NCBI GenBank assembly: GCA_031385045.1
Contig: JANNBC010000001.1
Location: forward strand, 1 to 41,629
Direction: 5' to 3'
DNA: 41,629 nt
Source of the DNA: a bacterium
GTDB lineage: Bacteria; Bdellovibrionota_C; UBA2361; CALJRW01
The translations under genes and the position numbers were made by a program. Below the pieces are notes generated by a model. That model had not been told where the DNA came from. It was given only the letters and a program-made list of their open reading frames with translations, and did not search any database. Positions 17,561 through 28,078 of the stretch are shown here, in pieces. Position 1 is the stretch's first letter. Each line of letters starts with the position of its first letter.

Positions 17561-19029
17561 TAATTAGCTTCTTGTCGGCTAGAGAAAAAACTATTTACAG
17601 CAGTCTTAACAATCTCAATTTCTTCTTCAGTTAAAACTGATAATTCATTCAAAACATTTTCATCAATTACTGCTAACTGTTGAATATTGCGAATGCCAGA
17701 CTCTAATAACTTATTCTTCAAATCTGGTAGTAAGTATAATGACTCCAAGTCACTAGTAATTGTTGTATCTTCAACTGCAGGAGTTATCTCGACAAGGTCA
17801 GCAATCTCTTGGGCACCTTTAATCGCGCTCTCGGCACTTTCGGCATCAAAACCATCAACTTCCATTAACTCTTCCACTGATAAGTTAGCGATTTCGGCAA
17901 CATTGCGATAACCAGCCTGATAAAGTAACTCAGCATGAGTAAATTGGATATTAGGGATTGCTTCTAACTGTTGACGACTACGCTTCGCCTCATCTTCCGC
18001 AACGCTCACGCTACGAACATCGATCTGCCATCCTGTTAACTTACAAGCTAATTTAACATTTTGACCACCACGACCAATCGCATAAGATAACTGATCATCA
18101 GGAACAATTACTTGCATTGAGTGTTGATCTTCATTTAATAGAACACGGCTAACTTCTGCTGGAGAAAGTGAACGAGCTACGAAAGATGGAGCATCTCCAG
18201 ACCAGGGAATAATGTCGATCTTCTCACCACGCAATTCTTGAACGATAGCATGAACTCGAGAACCTTTAATACCAACACAAGCACCAACTGGATCTAAATT
18301 ATGATCAGTAGAATAAACTGACATTTTTGCCCGAACCCCTGGATCACGAGCAGCTCCTTTAATTTCGATCGTTCCTTCTTGGATCTCCGGAACTTCCTCA
18401 CGGAATAACTTAATTAAAAAATCTGGATGACTTCTAGTTAAAATAATCTGAGGTCCTCTTCTTGTTGGATCAACATCCAAAATCATACTACGAACGCGAT
18501 CCCCTTGGCGATATTTCTCACGCGGGATTTGCTCTCGTTTTGGCACAATCGCTTCAGTTCGTCCAAGGTTAACGATTAAGTCACCACGGTCATAACGCTG
18601 AACAATACCATTAACCAAGTCGCCTTTAGAGTTTTTGAATTCTTCAAAGATTGCTCCGCGCTCCGCATTACGAACTTTCTGAACAATAACTTGTTTCGCC
18701 GTTTGAGCAGCAATTCGACCAAGGACATCAGTGTCTAGCTTCTTACCAAGCTCATCACCAACCATCGCATCTGGATCATACTCTTTGCGGGCATCAGCAA
18801 CAGAAATCTGAGTCGCTTGATCTTCTACTTGATCAACAACAATTTTAAATTGCAATAACTCAATAATTCCAGTTTCTTCATCAAACTGGGTTTCTAAATT
18901 TAAGTTATGTCCGTAATGTTTACGTGCAGCGGACAACATTGCTGATTCGATAGCTTCTACTAGGACTGCTTTATCAATCCCTTTATCGCGACCGATTTGA
19001 TTTAAGATAGCATTAAGATCAAATGACAT
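17560..19029 (-). CDS. nusA: Transcription termination/antitermination factor NusA with acidic C-terminal extension
   Basis: GRIAAQTAKQVI, S1 and KH domains (DPVGACVG, ELRGEKIDII, AIGRGGQNVKLA). Confidence 0.98.
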   Translation of the reverse strand: MSFDLNAILNQIGRDKGIDKAVLVEAIESAMLSAARKHYGHNLNLETQFDEETGIIELLQFKIVVDQVEDQATQISVADARKEYDPDAMVGDELGKKLDTDVLGRIAAQTAKQVIVQKVRNAERGAIFEEFKNSKGDLVNGIVQRYDRGDLIVNLGRTEAIVPKREQIPREKYRQGDRVRSMILDVDPTRRGPQIILTRSHPDFLIKLFREEVPEIQEGTIEIKGAARDPGVRAKMSVYSTDHNLDPVGACVGIKGSRVHAIVQELRGEKIDIIPWSGDAPSFVARSLSPAEVSRVLLNEDQHSMQVIVPDDQLSYAIGRGGQNVKLACKLTGWQIDVRSVSVAEDEAKRSRQQLEAIPNIQFTHAELLYQAGYRNVAEIANLSVEELMEVDGFDAESAESAIKGAQEIADLVEITPAVEDTTITSDLESLYLLPDLKNKLLESGIRNIQQLAVIDENVLNELSVLTEEEIEIVKTAVNSFFSSRQEAN

Positions 19030-19053
19030 AGTATTACCAATAATAATTATCTG

Positions 19054-19509
19054 TTAAAATTTGAAATCAACCTTAGCTGATTTCACATCATTAATTTCAA
19101 AACTGATTAACTCGGAAGTGACTTCTTCCTGAATTTTTCCAATTGAGGACTCAAAATTTTTCAGGACACCGACTAGTGGTTTTCCAGCATAGGGACCAAA
19201 CTTCAAGCTGATCTTAATACGTTCACCTACGGCACCCTCAAAATGTTCTGCTTTCTTTAGCTTTCTTTCAATCCCTGGACTAGAAACTTCTAGACCTTGA
19301 TTCTCAAAAAAAGAAACTAGAGACTCATGCCTCTTAATCAAGCGGTGAATATGCGCGCATTCGTCTAAATTAATTGGACCATCTGGCTTAGTTACAAAAA
19401 CCTGAACAGTTGCAGTCCGTGTCGGTGAAAACTCCAACTCGTACAACTTGGAACCATGTCCGATCACAATTTCTTCAACAATTTTAGTAACTTCTGCTTT
19501 GCTTAGCAT
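19054..19509 (-). CDS. rimP: Ribosome maturation factor RimP
   Basis: INLDEC, LEVSSPGIERKL; first gene of the nusA-infB operon. Confidence 0.92.
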   Translation of the reverse strand: MLSKAEVTKIVEEIVIGHGSKLYELEFSPTRTATVQVFVTKPDGPINLDECAHIHRLIKRHESLVSFFENQGLEVSSPGIERKLKKAEHFEGAVGERIKISLKFGPYAGKPLVGVLKNFESSIGKIQEEVTSELISFEINDVKSAKVDFKF

Positions 19510-19697
19510 ACACCCCTTAACTTCCCTCTTCGCAGTCGAGCAAGTTTACACAATAACAAGTTGTAAAAATCTTGCAGTTAACTTTAGAATCAAAGCACCA
19601 CAAACCTTGAAGAGGATGATTTTATAGCAAATATATAGAATTAATTCAAATCAAAATCTGCTGCTATAATTCACCCTAAATTTCGATACTCAAGATT

Positions 19698-19795
19698 AAA
19701 AAATTGAGGGGTTTAACGACTAAAAGTAGACCTTCCCTCCTCTTCCTTAAAGCTTATATATTAATACCCAATAAACTAAAAAAATTGAGGGGTTT
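19698..19795. promoter_or_regulatory. Two identical 17-bp direct repeats in a divergent intergenic region; putative transcription-factor sites
   Basis: AAAAAATTGAGGGGTTT at 19698-19714 and 19779-19795. Confidence 0.5.
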
Positions 19796-19928
19796 TTCGT
19801 ATTTTCGTAAATAAAATTGATTAAGAAAATGGCAAGTGATAAGTTTGTCTCCTCCAAATCCTTATGGGAGAAAACACCAACAACTTAGCTCTAAGCTGTT
19901 TTCTGAGTCTTGTTTATAATTCTGCCTT

Positions 19929-22160
19929 ATGATTAATCAATTAACCCGCCAGATTACGTTTTCCGCGATATTAATCATATTAAGTGCTTTTGACTGCTTG
20001 GCGATTGATTTTTTAGTTCCTGCTAATAAATTAGCTCCAAAAGCTTGGAATCCAGTAACAGAAGAATGGAGCAATGAAACAATCAAGGGATATGCCGAAA
20101 CCCAAACTACTGCTCAAGTTGTTGAGATTCAAAACCTTGAGGAGATTAACGATTCAAATTTAAAATTAATTCTTTGTTTACACACCCAAGTTCTTAAATT
20201 AACTCCTAGTGATACCTTCTATGCTTTCACCGAGTTTAATACTTGGAATACCACATACCATCCTACTACCCTACCAGATGGTTCTCCAATGCCTGTTGCC
20301 TCTTCCACACAAGATTCAATTCAAGCAATTAATGCCAACATCTTAAGCGTCTCAACTCCGTCAACTTCGGAAGCACTTTGTCCAAACATTGGAGATGATA
20401 AATATCTTGGTTTGCAAGTAGTCTTCACAAAAATTAACCCTAACCTCAATGCCTATCTGCTTTATGGTGGGAAACTTTCAAAAGTTGGATCGAGCCTACC
20501 AACTGGACTATTAACAGCTACTGTTCCTGCAGATAAAAGTTCCTCATTTATTAACGGATTATCAGAGAACTTTAATACAGCGGTAGTTGGGTCTGAAGGA
20601 TTAAAATTTGTTCCATTTGGAAACATTTCTTTAGAGCCAGGAATTCAGCTAACAAAATCTGTCACTCTACCAGAAGGCCAATGTGGAGTTGATGATCTGG
20701 AAGAATTATCTGTAGTTAGTAATACCAATGTTAAATTCTGTTTTAAAGTGACTAATACAGCCAAGGCACCATTGCTAAATGTAAATTTAAATGATGATAC
20801 ACTAGTTGTTAATCTAAGTGATTCATTAGTCGGATTAACAGATCAAGATGCTGATGGCCAAGCTGATGATTTAGCAATTGGTTCTTGGGCGACAGCAGAA
20901 TATTCCTACACAATTAATGAATCACTAGAAAACAGTGCCACGGCTTCTGGTAGTGCTATCAATAGTCAAGACCAAAGTGCTGTTAGAATTTCTATTTGTG
21001 GAAATGAAGTTGTTGAGGCTGGAGAAGAATGTGACACGCTAAATGGTTGTACTGCTAATTGTACTTTTGAAGATCTATGCGGAAATCAAGAAATCGATCC
21101 AGGCGAAGATTGTGATAGCACCGAGGGATGTAACAGTAATTGCCAGTTTGCGGTTTGTGGAAATGGCATTGTCGAGGAAGACGCTGGTGAGCAATGTGAT
21201 CACGGGAAAGAACAGACTGAATGCTCGAGTGATGAACCTGATTGTTTTGAAAACCAAAAACTATCAGAAGCCCCACCAGTTGAACTAGCATGTAGCGATA
21301 CTTGTCTTTTAGAAATTTGTGGTAACGGCATCTTAGATTCCGGCGAAGAATGCGATGATAGCAATCAAGTCAACGGAGATAATTGTAGCGCCTCTTGTCT
21401 GCAAGAAGTCTGCGGTAATGGAGTTCTAGATTACAATGAAGAATGTGACTATGGAGACACCCTAAATGGCGATGGCTGTAGTAGTTTCTGTCGACTCGAA
21501 GTCTGTGGCAATGGAATCGTCGATCTCACAGAGCAATGTGACGACGGAAATGCAACCTTAAAAGATGGTTGTAGCAATATCTGTCAGCTAGAAGAAGATT
21601 GTCAGGATGGTAAATGTGCCCCAACAATTGAAATCTTTAATTGTGTTGATGAGAATGGTCAGCAGAATAATCTTGACCGCTGTCAAGGTTGTGGAGGTGA
21701 CGGACTAAGTTGTATTTCATGCGTCTCTAAAAGTAATATTGAAGACCAATTAAAAATGGATGGTGCCTCAAAGCAACTGGCCATCTTAATTAAAAACCTA
21801 AATAACAATATCTTAAAACGCTCCATCACTGATAAGCTTAAAAAAGACATTCTGGAATCAAATCTAAAAGTTGAAGATTTATATCTAACAAGCTGGTCCC
21901 TATCTTGGTCATTACCAATGATTACCAAAGCCTGTAGCTCAGTGTTTTGTACTACTGAGGATCTCTCTGGGCTAGCGACACTCTACAAAAGTAAGCTCTT
22001 AGAATTAGTTCAAGAAGCAAGAAAATCATCCCGAATCTTTAAGCGATTAACTGGCAAGAAGAAATCAGCTCAAAAATTCTTATCCGCAGTAAATGAACAA
22101 TACGATTCTGGTATTCAGACTGCGGGTAATGTTACTACAGCAACAAGTGTCTGTTTTTAA
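19929..22160 (+). CDS. Exported Cys-rich repeat protein (DUF4215-like) with a DUF11-like Ig domain and an uncharacterised C-terminal module, 743 aa
   Basis: Signal peptide, PGIQLTKSV...FCFKVTNT...LLNVNLNDD...NSATASG (DUF11-like), repeated CGNG..D.GEECDDGN...DGCS..C, then [13 protein letters not shown] and a helical tail. Confidence 0.85.
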   Translation: MINQLTRQITFSAILIILSAFDCLAIDFLVPANKLAPKAWNPVTEEWSNETIKGYAETQTTAQVVEIQNLEEINDSNLKLILCLHTQVLKLTPSDTFYAFTEFNTWNTTYHPTTLPDGSPMPVASSTQDSIQAINANILSVSTPSTSEALCPNIGDDKYLGLQVVFTKINPNLNAYLLYGGKLSKVGSSLPTGLLTATVPADKSSSFINGLSENFNTAVVGSEGLKFVPFGNISLEPGIQLTKSVTLPEGQCGVDDLEELSVVSNTNVKFCFKVTNTAKAPLLNVNLNDDTLVVNLSDSLVGLTDQDADGQADDLAIGSWATAEYSYTINESLENSATASGSAINSQDQSAVRISICGNEVVEAGEECDTLNGCTANCTFEDLCGNQEIDPGEDCDSTEGCNSNCQFAVCGNGIVEEDAGEQCDHGKEQTECSSDEPDCFENQKLSEAPPVELACSDTCLLEICGNGILDSGEECDDSNQVNGDNCSASCLQEVCGNGVLDYNEECDYGDTLNGDGCSSFCRLEVCGNGIVDLTEQCDDGNATLKDGCSNICQLEEDCQDGKCAPTIEIFNCVDENGQQNNLDRCQGCGGDGLSCISCVSKSNIEDQLKMDGASKQLAILIKNLNNNILKRSITDKLKKDILESNLKVEDLYLTSWSLSWSLPMITKACSSVFCTTEDLSGLATLYKSKLLELVQEARKSSRIFKRLTGKKKSAQKFLSAVNEQYDSGIQTAGNVTTATSVCF

Positions 22161-22345
22161 TTAATGTACAATCGCTTTGGTAAGCGATAAAACTCGATTT
22201 CCTCGAGAAAGATAATATGCTAAAAATTGCCTTACGTTAGCTTGAACGCAAGCACAATTCACAGTCAGATAATGCTAGAACTCTGAGCAATAATGGCTAG
22301 TGATTTTAGATCTATTTTAAAAACTTAGTATTTATAATTAATATC

Positions 22346-23521
22346 ATGAAAAGCATTGCCGATTTAAACTTAAAAGATAAAATTGTTCTAGTTCGTGCGG
22401 ACTTTAATGTACCGCTAGATGCTGACTTACATGTCACTAATAATAAACGGATTAGAGAATTCATTCCTACTCTTAAATTTATTCAAGAAAAAGGCGGCAA
22501 GCCCGTGTTAATGTCTCACCTGGGTCGGCCAGACGGGAAACCTTCAGCCAAGTATTCACTTAAATCAATTATTTCTGAATTGGAGAAATTATCTGGAGCA
22601 AAAGTAATCTTTACTGAAGATTGCATCGCTGAAAGCAATCGAGAATTGGCAAACAACTTAAAATCTGGTGAGCTCTTATTGTTAGAAAACTTACGCTTCC
22701 ACGCTGCAGAGCAAGAAGGCTGTGAAAGCTTTGCTAAAAAAATTGCCCAGATTGGAGATGTCTATATTAATGATGCTTTTGGTACAGCACACCGAGCAGA
22801 TGCCTCAATGTTTGCCGTTGCTAAATTATTTACAGACAAAGCCCCCGGCCTATTAATGCAAAAAGAGTTAGACTACTTTAGTAAAGCATTAGAAAAGCCA
22901 GAGCGCCCACTTTGCGTAGTACTAGGCGGAGCTAAGGTATCTAGTAAACTTCCTGTGCTGGTTAACCTAGCCTCTAAAGCAGATCATTTAATTATTGGTG
23001 GCGCAATGGCCAATACTTTCTTAGCCCAACAGGGATTAGAAGTTGGCAAGTCTTTACATGAAAAAGAAATGTTTCCGGAGATTGTCAAACTGCAAGAGTT
23101 ACTCAAAAAAAATTCTTGCCAATTACACTTGCCAGTTGATTTTCGCCTAGGAGAATCATTTGATAAACCCGGAACAGGCCAAGTTGCTCTGGCTGAAGAA
23201 TTACCAACTAATCTTTCCGCCCTTGATATTGGACCAAAATCTTCAGAAATTTTTGCTAAAGTATTAAAAGAATCAAAAACTATCGTTTGGAATGGTCCGA
23301 TGGGAGCATTTGAAAATCCTGACTTTGCCACAGGAACTCTAGATCTAACAAAAGCAATTGCTGAGGCCTCTGGACTTAGCGTAGTTGGTGGAGGCGACAC
23401 AGTTGCTGCGGTGGAGCAAATGGGACTTGAAGCCTCCTTTGACTTCTTATCAACTGGTGGTGGTGCATTCTTAACACTAATGGAAGGTGTTGCGCTTCCA
23501 GGAATTGAAGCTTTAAAATAA
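22346..23521 (+). CDS. pgk: Phosphoglycerate kinase
   Basis: VRADFNVP, MSHLGRP, LLENLRF, NDAFGTAHR, GGAKVSSK, WNGPMGAFE, GGGDT, STGGGA. Confidence 0.99.
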   Translation: MKSIADLNLKDKIVLVRADFNVPLDADLHVTNNKRIREFIPTLKFIQEKGGKPVLMSHLGRPDGKPSAKYSLKSIISELEKLSGAKVIFTEDCIAESNRELANNLKSGELLLLENLRFHAAEQEGCESFAKKIAQIGDVYINDAFGTAHRADASMFAVAKLFTDKAPGLLMQKELDYFSKALEKPERPLCVVLGGAKVSSKLPVLVNLASKADHLIIGGAMANTFLAQQGLEVGKSLHEKEMFPEIVKLQELLKKNSCQLHLPVDFRLGESFDKPGTGQVALAEELPTNLSALDIGPKSSEIFAKVLKESKTIVWNGPMGAFENPDFATGTLDLTKAIAEASGLSVVGGGDTVAAVEQMGLEASFDFLSTGGGAFLTLMEGVALPGIEALK

Positions 23522-23530
23522 ATTAGAGTA

Positions 23531-24184
23531 ATGGGAGGAATTCCTTTTTTTGCTTCCCTGCTCTCGCTGATTTATTTAGCAATAATTAATCCGCTATTTT
23601 TAGTCGCCTTGATTGACAAGCATGCAATCTACAATTTTATGTGGTTTGTTGCTGGGCTACTTTTAGGAATCTGGTTCGCGGGGATTTTTATTCGTGGCTA
23701 TCTTTCCGTTTTTATCCATGAGCTAAAACACTCCGCGCTCTCTAACCTTGTTGGTAATAAATTTGTTGCCTTTAAAATCCGTAGGGCGCACGGACATTTT
23801 AAGTATAAGTATACCAAGGAAACAGCCAAGTTTAATGCCATTATCTCTCTGGCTCCTTATTTCTTTCCAATAATCACTATCCCAGGAATTGGTCTAGTCT
23901 TTGTTGCCTATCAAACAGCAAATTATTTTCCACTTCTATTATTAGGATTTTTCTTTGGTAATGATCTACTACTGTCCTATCGCGACATTGGAGAACATCA
24001 ATCAGATCTGACAGAAATTAACGGTGGATACTATGTGGGACTAGCCTACGTTTTAGCAATGAATACAGTAATTACAACGATCCTGCTGGCCTGGGTCTTA
24101 CAAAGAAAACAAGGCTTAAATTTTTTACTTTTCGAACATCTAAAACTTTGGAGTTGGCTAACAGGTTATAGCTGGAACTCTTAG
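23531..24184 (+). CDS. Membrane HExxH protein, probable M50B-like zinc metallopeptidase
   Basis: Several hydrophobic segments, IHELKH motif, LAPYFFP, QSDL (candidate third-ligand Asp). Confidence 0.65.
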   Translation: MGGIPFFASLLSLIYLAIINPLFLVALIDKHAIYNFMWFVAGLLLGIWFAGIFIRGYLSVFIHELKHSALSNLVGNKFVAFKIRRAHGHFKYKYTKETAKFNAIISLAPYFFPIITIPGIGLVFVAYQTANYFPLLLLGFFFGNDLLLSYRDIGEHQSDLTEINGGYYVGLAYVLAMNTVITTILLAWVLQRKQGLNFLLFEHLKLWSWLTGYSWNS

Positions 24185-24203
24185 TTTATTGCTATCTATC
24201 AGT

Positions 24204-25178
24204 TTACTTCTTCTCCTCTGTTGAAGTAGCAGGCACTACCGATGTTTTATCCTTTAACATTTTATCTAAAGTAAAGGCAGTTAAAGCATCAACTTCATAC
24301 TTGCTTAACTCAAAGTAAAAGGGAAACTGCGCCGCTTTAAGAAAATATTTCTCAACATCTTTCTCGGCAACTTTTTGCTTAATTGGTCCTTTGATTAAAT
24401 AATTTTGCTTAGCACCTTTTAGCATTAGATCGTAGCTAACTACAGTAGCAGCTTGCTCCCAACCTGCTGGAGCAACCTTTAAGGGGATCTCGCTATAGGC
24501 AATCTCTGTTAGCTTATTAACAAAGCCTTGTAATTCCTTCCGATCTACTTCTTTATTTTCAGGAATAGTTGCAAAACCTAAGATTCCATCTGACTGTTCC
24601 AAAACTATATCTTTAAATTCGACTAGCTCTAATTCTTTAGGCTGAATTTTTAAGACATCAGCACTAAACCAAGAGGTCGTACTTGGACTAAGCTCTGCCG
24701 CCTGATAGTCAACAATATAAGTATTATCACTTCCATTAACTCGGGCATAAAGCTTTTTAAATGTTGGGGAACTTCCAAGAAAAATAACTTCCTCTCCATC
24801 CTCTGAAACAAGCGTTAACTTTTTCTCAAAACCCGTAACACCTGTTTTTAATTTTTTGGCAGCAGACAAACTAGTAGCAACAGGACTTGTCGCCTTAAGC
24901 GCCTGCAGATCATGTAATAATTGATCAATCTTTAAGGAATCTGCCGGAAAATTTTCAGCAGAGGGCATAAGCCAACCATCTGCTGTTTTTTCTAATTCTA
25001 AGCTCTTATCTGGCTGCTCAATTTTAATTTTCTTAACTGCCTCAGGTACAATTTTTACAAACTGACTAGAAGTTGAATCAACCTGCAAGATTGACGCACT
25101 AGAATTCTTAAAGCAAAGAATTGCTCCCTGAACTACTAAAAGAATTAGCAAGACTTTTGTTATTGGTAATTTAGTCAT
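24204..25178 (-). CDS. DUF4340-domain protein
   Basis: N-terminal membrane anchor, W..P..ENFPAD..KIDQLL, LG..PTF..LYAR pattern; usual position after gldG-like genes. Confidence 0.75.
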   Translation of the reverse strand: MTKLPITKVLLILLVVQGAILCFKNSSASILQVDSTSSQFVKIVPEAVKKIKIEQPDKSLELEKTADGWLMPSAENFPADSLKIDQLLHDLQALKATSPVATSLSAAKKLKTGVTGFEKKLTLVSEDGEEVIFLGSSPTFKKLYARVNGSDNTYIVDYQAAELSPSTTSWFSADVLKIQPKELELVEFKDIVLEQSDGILGFATIPENKEVDRKELQGFVNKLTEIAYSEIPLKVAPAGWEQAATVVSYDLMLKGAKQNYLIKGPIKQKVAEKDVEKYFLKAAQFPFYFELSKYEVDALTAFTLDKMLKDKTSVVPATSTEEKK

Positions 25179-28064
25179 TTAGTTAGACTCCGATTGAAGA
25201 TAAAATTTCTTTTGCCAAATACTTTTTCTACTAGCTTTAATTTTTAACCCCACCCCAATTGCTATCAATAAGACTAGCGCAAAAACATAATTAAAATATT
25301 CCCAAAACATTTTCTGTCCAGCTGACATGGGATCAAGTGTTCTAGCAAAATTACTTCTTCCACGAATCTCTACTAATGCCGGATCTTCCAAAGAGGTATC
25401 AATGGCATTCTGCATTAAGGTAATGGAATTAGTGTAACGTGTACTCCCAGACATCGAAGACATCTGTAGGGTCTGATCTGCTAAAAATTCATTAGAACCC
25501 AAAATGATAATTCGAGCAGAGCTTGGTGATTTTTCAATCAAAGCTGAGAATTTATCAAGTGGAGCCGGCTTTGGTGCATCAGGCTTGTTAGGGTCCACTG
25601 CCGCAGGTTGCTCCTTAAGAAAGTCTAATGGCTTTCCTTTAAAATAAGACTCAAAAGTTCCCTGTACTGTTGCTCCAATTGGATAAGAACGAAGTTCCGG
25701 CATTTGCTCAAAACCTAACTCTGGATATCTTTGATAATCAGGGTTGGGATTAAACTTTTGCAACAACCAAGACTTGTCACTACTTTTTAGGAATTCATGA
25801 ACTTCCCGATCTTTATTTAAGTCAGGATTAATTTCTAAAGCTGATGGCCAATTAAGCGTAACCTGAGAGATGCCACTTAGGAAAAGATTCTCTTTAGCTA
25901 ATCCCTCACCACGGACATCAACAAATGGTGGATAATTATGTAGCTGAATTTCTTCCACTAGATAGCCTCCGACATCGCGCTTAACAGGAGCAGGAAAAGG
26001 CTCATTTCGCTCATCCAGCACAACACCTTCTTTAAAAGTAATGCCATATGACTTTAGCCAATCTTCCATGCCTGATTTAACATTTTCCATCATGATGCCA
26101 CCAGGACTTGCCTGTGTTTGATAAGGAGAAGTAGAAAGAATTATGGTTCCTCCTCGCATCAGAAAGTTATCTAAATTAAATAAAGATTTTTGCGATAAAT
26201 CTTTTGGAGCTAATAAGAGCAACAGATCTATTTCTTCCGAAACTGGGACTTCTAATTCGATATTTCGAATATTGTGATTGGCAGAGAGGCTTTCATAAAG
26301 AAAATTAAACTGCTTACCAGTATCTTGTTGATAAGGATTAGCTGGCTGGGCAGGCTTAGGCATCACTAACCCAACAGTTTTAAGAAAACCAGGAGTAAGT
26401 CTTTTAAACGCGGCATCAAGCGCCTTCTGCAAGCCTTCAGAATTCAGTTCTTCTGGTAATCCAACATTAATTGGCAAATCCGAATTTTCTAAAATCAAAT
26501 AAAAATAAAATTGATTTTGATCAAAGAGACTGGCAACCATCGGTTGTAATCCGTATTTCTCTAAGACTTCCTTAGCGACTGCCCCACCATCAGCTAAGGG
26601 ATCAATCACTTGGTAATCAAATTTATCAGAAGATTTCACTTTAGTTTCTTCTAACTTAGCCAAGGTAGTTGCCTTAAAAGCCTCAAGTGATTTCGGTAAA
26701 CGCGATGAAATATAAGCCTTCATCACAACTTTCTCTTTTAAGTTAGCAAAGATACTTTCCACATCTTGAAATCCGTAAAGTACTTTTTTGACTGCCCGAC
26801 TTAAATCGTATTCTAAATTTTTAAGCTTTACATCGACCCCAGTATCTCCTACCGGATTAACTTCGATTAAGTTTCTAAAGTTTAATGTTTCAAATTTATC
26901 CCCATACTGCACTACTAAATCAAAATAGGCACTGACTAAGGAAGCTTGATAGCGATCACTCACCTGAAGAGGCACAGGTTTAACATTAAAACGACGACCA
27001 ACTTCTTCTTCTAACTCTGGATTATCTTTAGGATCAATTAACTCCGCATTCACTTTTCCATTTCCAGCATTTTGATAGGCCTCTAAGGTATCTTTAATTT
27101 GCGGAATTAAGGGCATTAAAAGTGGATGGGTTGTATTACTAATATAAGCTCTAATTAGTAATGGTTCCTTAACTTGAGCTAGTAAGTTTTTAGTAGAATC
27201 TGAAAGTGTGTGAATATGACCAGTTGTTAAATCTGCTCGAATAGAACGAATATCGTTTACCCAAAAATTAGCAATTAAAAGATTAGCAATGATTAACACG
27301 ACTACCAAACGAAACTGAAAGTTCTTAGCTTTAGCTTGTTGCGACCACTTTACTTTAGTAAGTGCAAAGACATTTAAGATCAAAAATATCGCTGTTAAAC
27401 TTAAGTAATAATAAAGATCTTTAATCTCAATTACTCCGCGACTGATGGAATCAAAGTGATCACTAGTACTTAAGATCGCTAAAAATTCGGCGAATGAAGT
27501 AGAGAATAAAGAAGTTAAACTTGTCTGGCCAATTAAATAAAATACCAAACAAGTTAAAATACTAATGATTAAGCTAACAATCTGATTTTCAGAACGAGAG
27601 CTAACAAACAAGCCAATCGCGATATAGGCTGCTGCTAAGAAAAAAGAACCAAAGTATGCACCAATCACTGGACCCCAATCCAACTCACCGAGGTTAGCAA
27701 CCATCACTGGCAAACTAAAGGTTAGGACTAAGCCACAAGCTACTAGTACTAGGCAAGCGAAAAACTTCCCCGCGACCAACTCCCAGATGCGAACTGGAGC
27801 TGTTAATAAGAACTCCAATGTACCCATCTTTTTTTCTTCACTCCACATCTTCATGGTAATTGCTGATACTAGAAACAACAGGAGTAGTGGCAAAGAATGA
27901 AACAGTGGTCTCAAGTCAGCAATGTTCCGAGCAAAGAACTTATCCACCCAGAAAAAGTTATAGAGAGAGACAACCACAAACGTACCTAAGAAAATATAGG
28001 CAATTGGGGAAGAGAAAAATGAGAAAAATTCTTTTTGAGCAATTTTTAAAACGCGACTTAACAT
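25179..28064 (-). CDS. GldF-like ABC-2 permease fused to a GldG-like auxiliary periplasmic domain
   Basis: IAQKEFFSFFSSPIAYIFL, WSEEKKMGTLEFLLTAP, DLTTGHIHTLSDST, LEYDLSRAV, N.IDTSLEDPALVEIRGR, C-terminal TM helix. Confidence 0.88.
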   Translation of the reverse strand: MLSRVLKIAQKEFFSFFSSPIAYIFLGTFVVVSLYNFFWVDKFFARNIADLRPLFHSLPLLLLFLVSAITMKMWSEEKKMGTLEFLLTAPVRIWELVAGKFFACLVLVACGLVLTFSLPVMVANLGELDWGPVIGAYFGSFFLAAAYIAIGLFVSSRSENQIVSLIISILTCLVFYLIGQTSLTSLFSTSFAEFLAILSTSDHFDSISRGVIEIKDLYYYLSLTAIFLILNVFALTKVKWSQQAKAKNFQFRLVVVLIIANLLIANFWVNDIRSIRADLTTGHIHTLSDSTKNLLAQVKEPLLIRAYISNTTHPLLMPLIPQIKDTLEAYQNAGNGKVNAELIDPKDNPELEEEVGRRFNVKPVPLQVSDRYQASLVSAYFDLVVQYGDKFETLNFRNLIEVNPVGDTGVDVKLKNLEYDLSRAVKKVLYGFQDVESIFANLKEKVVMKAYISSRLPKSLEAFKATTLAKLEETKVKSSDKFDYQVIDPLADGGAVAKEVLEKYGLQPMVASLFDQNQFYFYLILENSDLPINVGLPEELNSEGLQKALDAAFKRLTPGFLKTVGLVMPKPAQPANPYQQDTGKQFNFLYESLSANHNIRNIELEVPVSEEIDLLLLLAPKDLSQKSLFNLDNFLMRGGTIILSTSPYQTQASPGGIMMENVKSGMEDWLKSYGITFKEGVVLDERNEPFPAPVKRDVGGYLVEEIQLHNYPPFVDVRGEGLAKENLFLSGISQVTLNWPSALEINPDLNKDREVHEFLKSSDKSWLLQKFNPNPDYQRYPELGFEQMPELRSYPIGATVQGTFESYFKGKPLDFLKEQPAAVDPNKPDAPKPAPLDKFSALIEKSPSSARIIILGSNEFLADQTLQMSSMSGSTRYTNSITLMQNAIDTSLEDPALVEIRGRSNFARTLDPMSAGQKMFWEYFNYVFALVLLIAIGVGLKIKASRKSIWQKKFYLQSESN

Positions 28065-28078
28065 ATCAATAATTTAAT

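Noticed and set aside
22984..23400. 138-aa antisense ORF in pgk and the other short nested ORFs (e.g. 16788-17084, 31271-31534, 36630-36890, 39629-39904)
   Set aside because: They lie within or largely overlap well-supported genes on the opposite strand or in another frame, and have no recognisable motifs.
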